Shown here piece after piece: positions 31,357-32,000 of a stretch of DNA of 32,000 nucleotides. Each line of letters starts with the position of its first letter. Positions within the stretch are counted from its first letter, which is position 1. Source of the DNA: Candidatus Moranella endobia PCIT (lineage in GTDB: Bacteria > Pseudomonadota > Gammaproteobacteria > Enterobacterales > Enterobacteriaceae); contig NC_015735.1 of assembly GCF_000219175.1 (NCBI RefSeq), forward strand, positions 90,001-122,000, given 5' to 3'. The position numbers and the translations under genes are program-made. The notes under the pieces were generated by a model, which saw only the letters and a program-made list of their open reading frames with translations, was not told the DNA's origin and did no database searches.

Positions 31357-31683
31357 ATGTTAGCAAACCGCCTGATGCTGTCGGGCATAGTGTGTAAAAC
31401 ACCTATACGTAAGGTGAGTCCTTCCGGTATTTCACATTGCCAGTTTGTGCTTGAGCACCGTTCTGTGCAGCACGAGGCTGGTTTTTCACGCCAGGCATGG
31501 TGTAGATTGCCCGTTGTGTTTAGTGGGCAACAAACTATTAATATAAACAGTATTATATTAGGCACGCATATTGCAGTGCAGGGGTTCATTAGTTGCCATC
31601 AAGGACGCAATGGCTTAAGCAAAATAGTGTTACATGCTAAAGTGTTACATGCTGAGCCAATTGATTTGATATATGGAGACTAG
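31357..31683 (+). CDS. priB: primosomal replication protein N (PriB)
   Basis: [44 protein letters not shown] matches E. coli PriB. It contains an in-frame 15-nt tandem duplication near the 3' end. Confidence 0.93.
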   Translation: MLANRLMLSGIVCKTPIRKVSPSGISHCQFVLEHRSVQHEAGFSRQAWCRLPVVFSGQQTININSIILGTHIAVQGFISCHQGRNGLSKIVLHAKVLHAEPIDLIYGD

Positions 31684-31687
31684 CCTT

Positions 31688-31915
31688 ATGGGAAGTTATT
31701 TCCGTCGTCGCAAATTCTGCCGTTTTACCGCGGATGGCGTTGTTGAGATTGATTACAAAGACATCGCTATGCTGAAAAACTATATCACTGAAAGTGGAAA
31801 AATTGTCCCGAGCCGGATTACCGGTACTCGTGCCAAATACCAACGGCAGCTAGCCAGCGCTATCAAGCGTGCGCGTTACCTTGCGCTATTGCCGTACACT
31901 GATCTGCATCATTAA
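31688..31915 (+). CDS. rpsR: 30S ribosomal protein S18
   Basis: [71 protein letters not shown] is nearly identical to E. coli S18 (75 aa). The ATG at 31688 lies 9 nt after GGAG. The ORF track's 31673 start adds 5 unmatched residues. Confidence 0.96.
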   Translation: MGSYFRRRKFCRFTADGVVEIDYKDIAMLKNYITESGKIVPSRITGTRAKYQRQLASAIKRARYLALLPYTDLHH

Positions 31916-31953
31916 TCAGTCTGGATCTACTAATTATTTGAGAGGAGAAAATG

Positions 31954-32000
31954 ATGCAAGTGATTCTGCTTGCTAAAGTAAGTAACCTGGGCGGTTTTAG
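31954..32000 (+). CDS. rplI: 50S ribosomal protein L9, N-terminal fragment (continues out of the window)
   Basis: MQVILLAKVSNLGGF matches E. coli L9 MQVILLDKVANLGSL. GAGGAG lies 6 nt upstream of the ATG at 31954, and an extra in-frame ATG sits at 31951. Confidence 0.85.
   Translation, partial: MQVILLAKVSNLGGF

Overview
This window reads as core chromosome from a genome-reduced, probably host-restricted, gammaproteobacterium of the Enterobacterales. I cannot name the species from sequence alone. Coding regions are moderately AT-rich and the spacers are very AT-rich. About 25 intact housekeeping genes lie in blocks colinear with E. coli K-12. On the minus strand: carB(5' part)-carA-dapB-lspA-ileS, then rpsT on the plus strand, then dnaJ-dnaK. 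On the plus strand: ybgI (interrupted)-sucC-sucD, then tsaE-mutL-miaA-hfq-hflK-hflC-rnr-rlmB, then gpmA, then mnmG. After that come an eroded folC-like pseudogene (minus), an OmpC/OmpF-family porin (minus) and rpsF-priB-rpsR-rplI(5' part). Where E. coli carries fkpB-ispH-rihC, ribF, nhaAR, amiB, hflX, yjeT-purA-nsrR and rsmG, this window has only 0.1-0.7 kb AT-rich spacers. I found no tRNA, rRNA, CRISPR array, IS element, prophage or defence/toxin module. I also see no convincing novel multi-gene system; this looks like an ordinary but decaying core region. The items most worth a second look are these: a single in-frame TGA splitting an otherwise perfectly conserved ybgI; two long perfect palindromes (43 nt and 26 nt) in the ileS-rpsT divergent spacer; a colinear folC remnant in the 1.3-kb gap after mnmG; GC-rich tandem hairpins between dnaK and dnaJ; a 12-bp-stem hairpin between rnr and rlmB; sucCD stranded without gltA-sdh-sucAB; and a minus-to-plus strand switch at dnaK|ybgI. 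All protein identifications come from by-eye alignment to remembered E. coli sequences, not from a database search.
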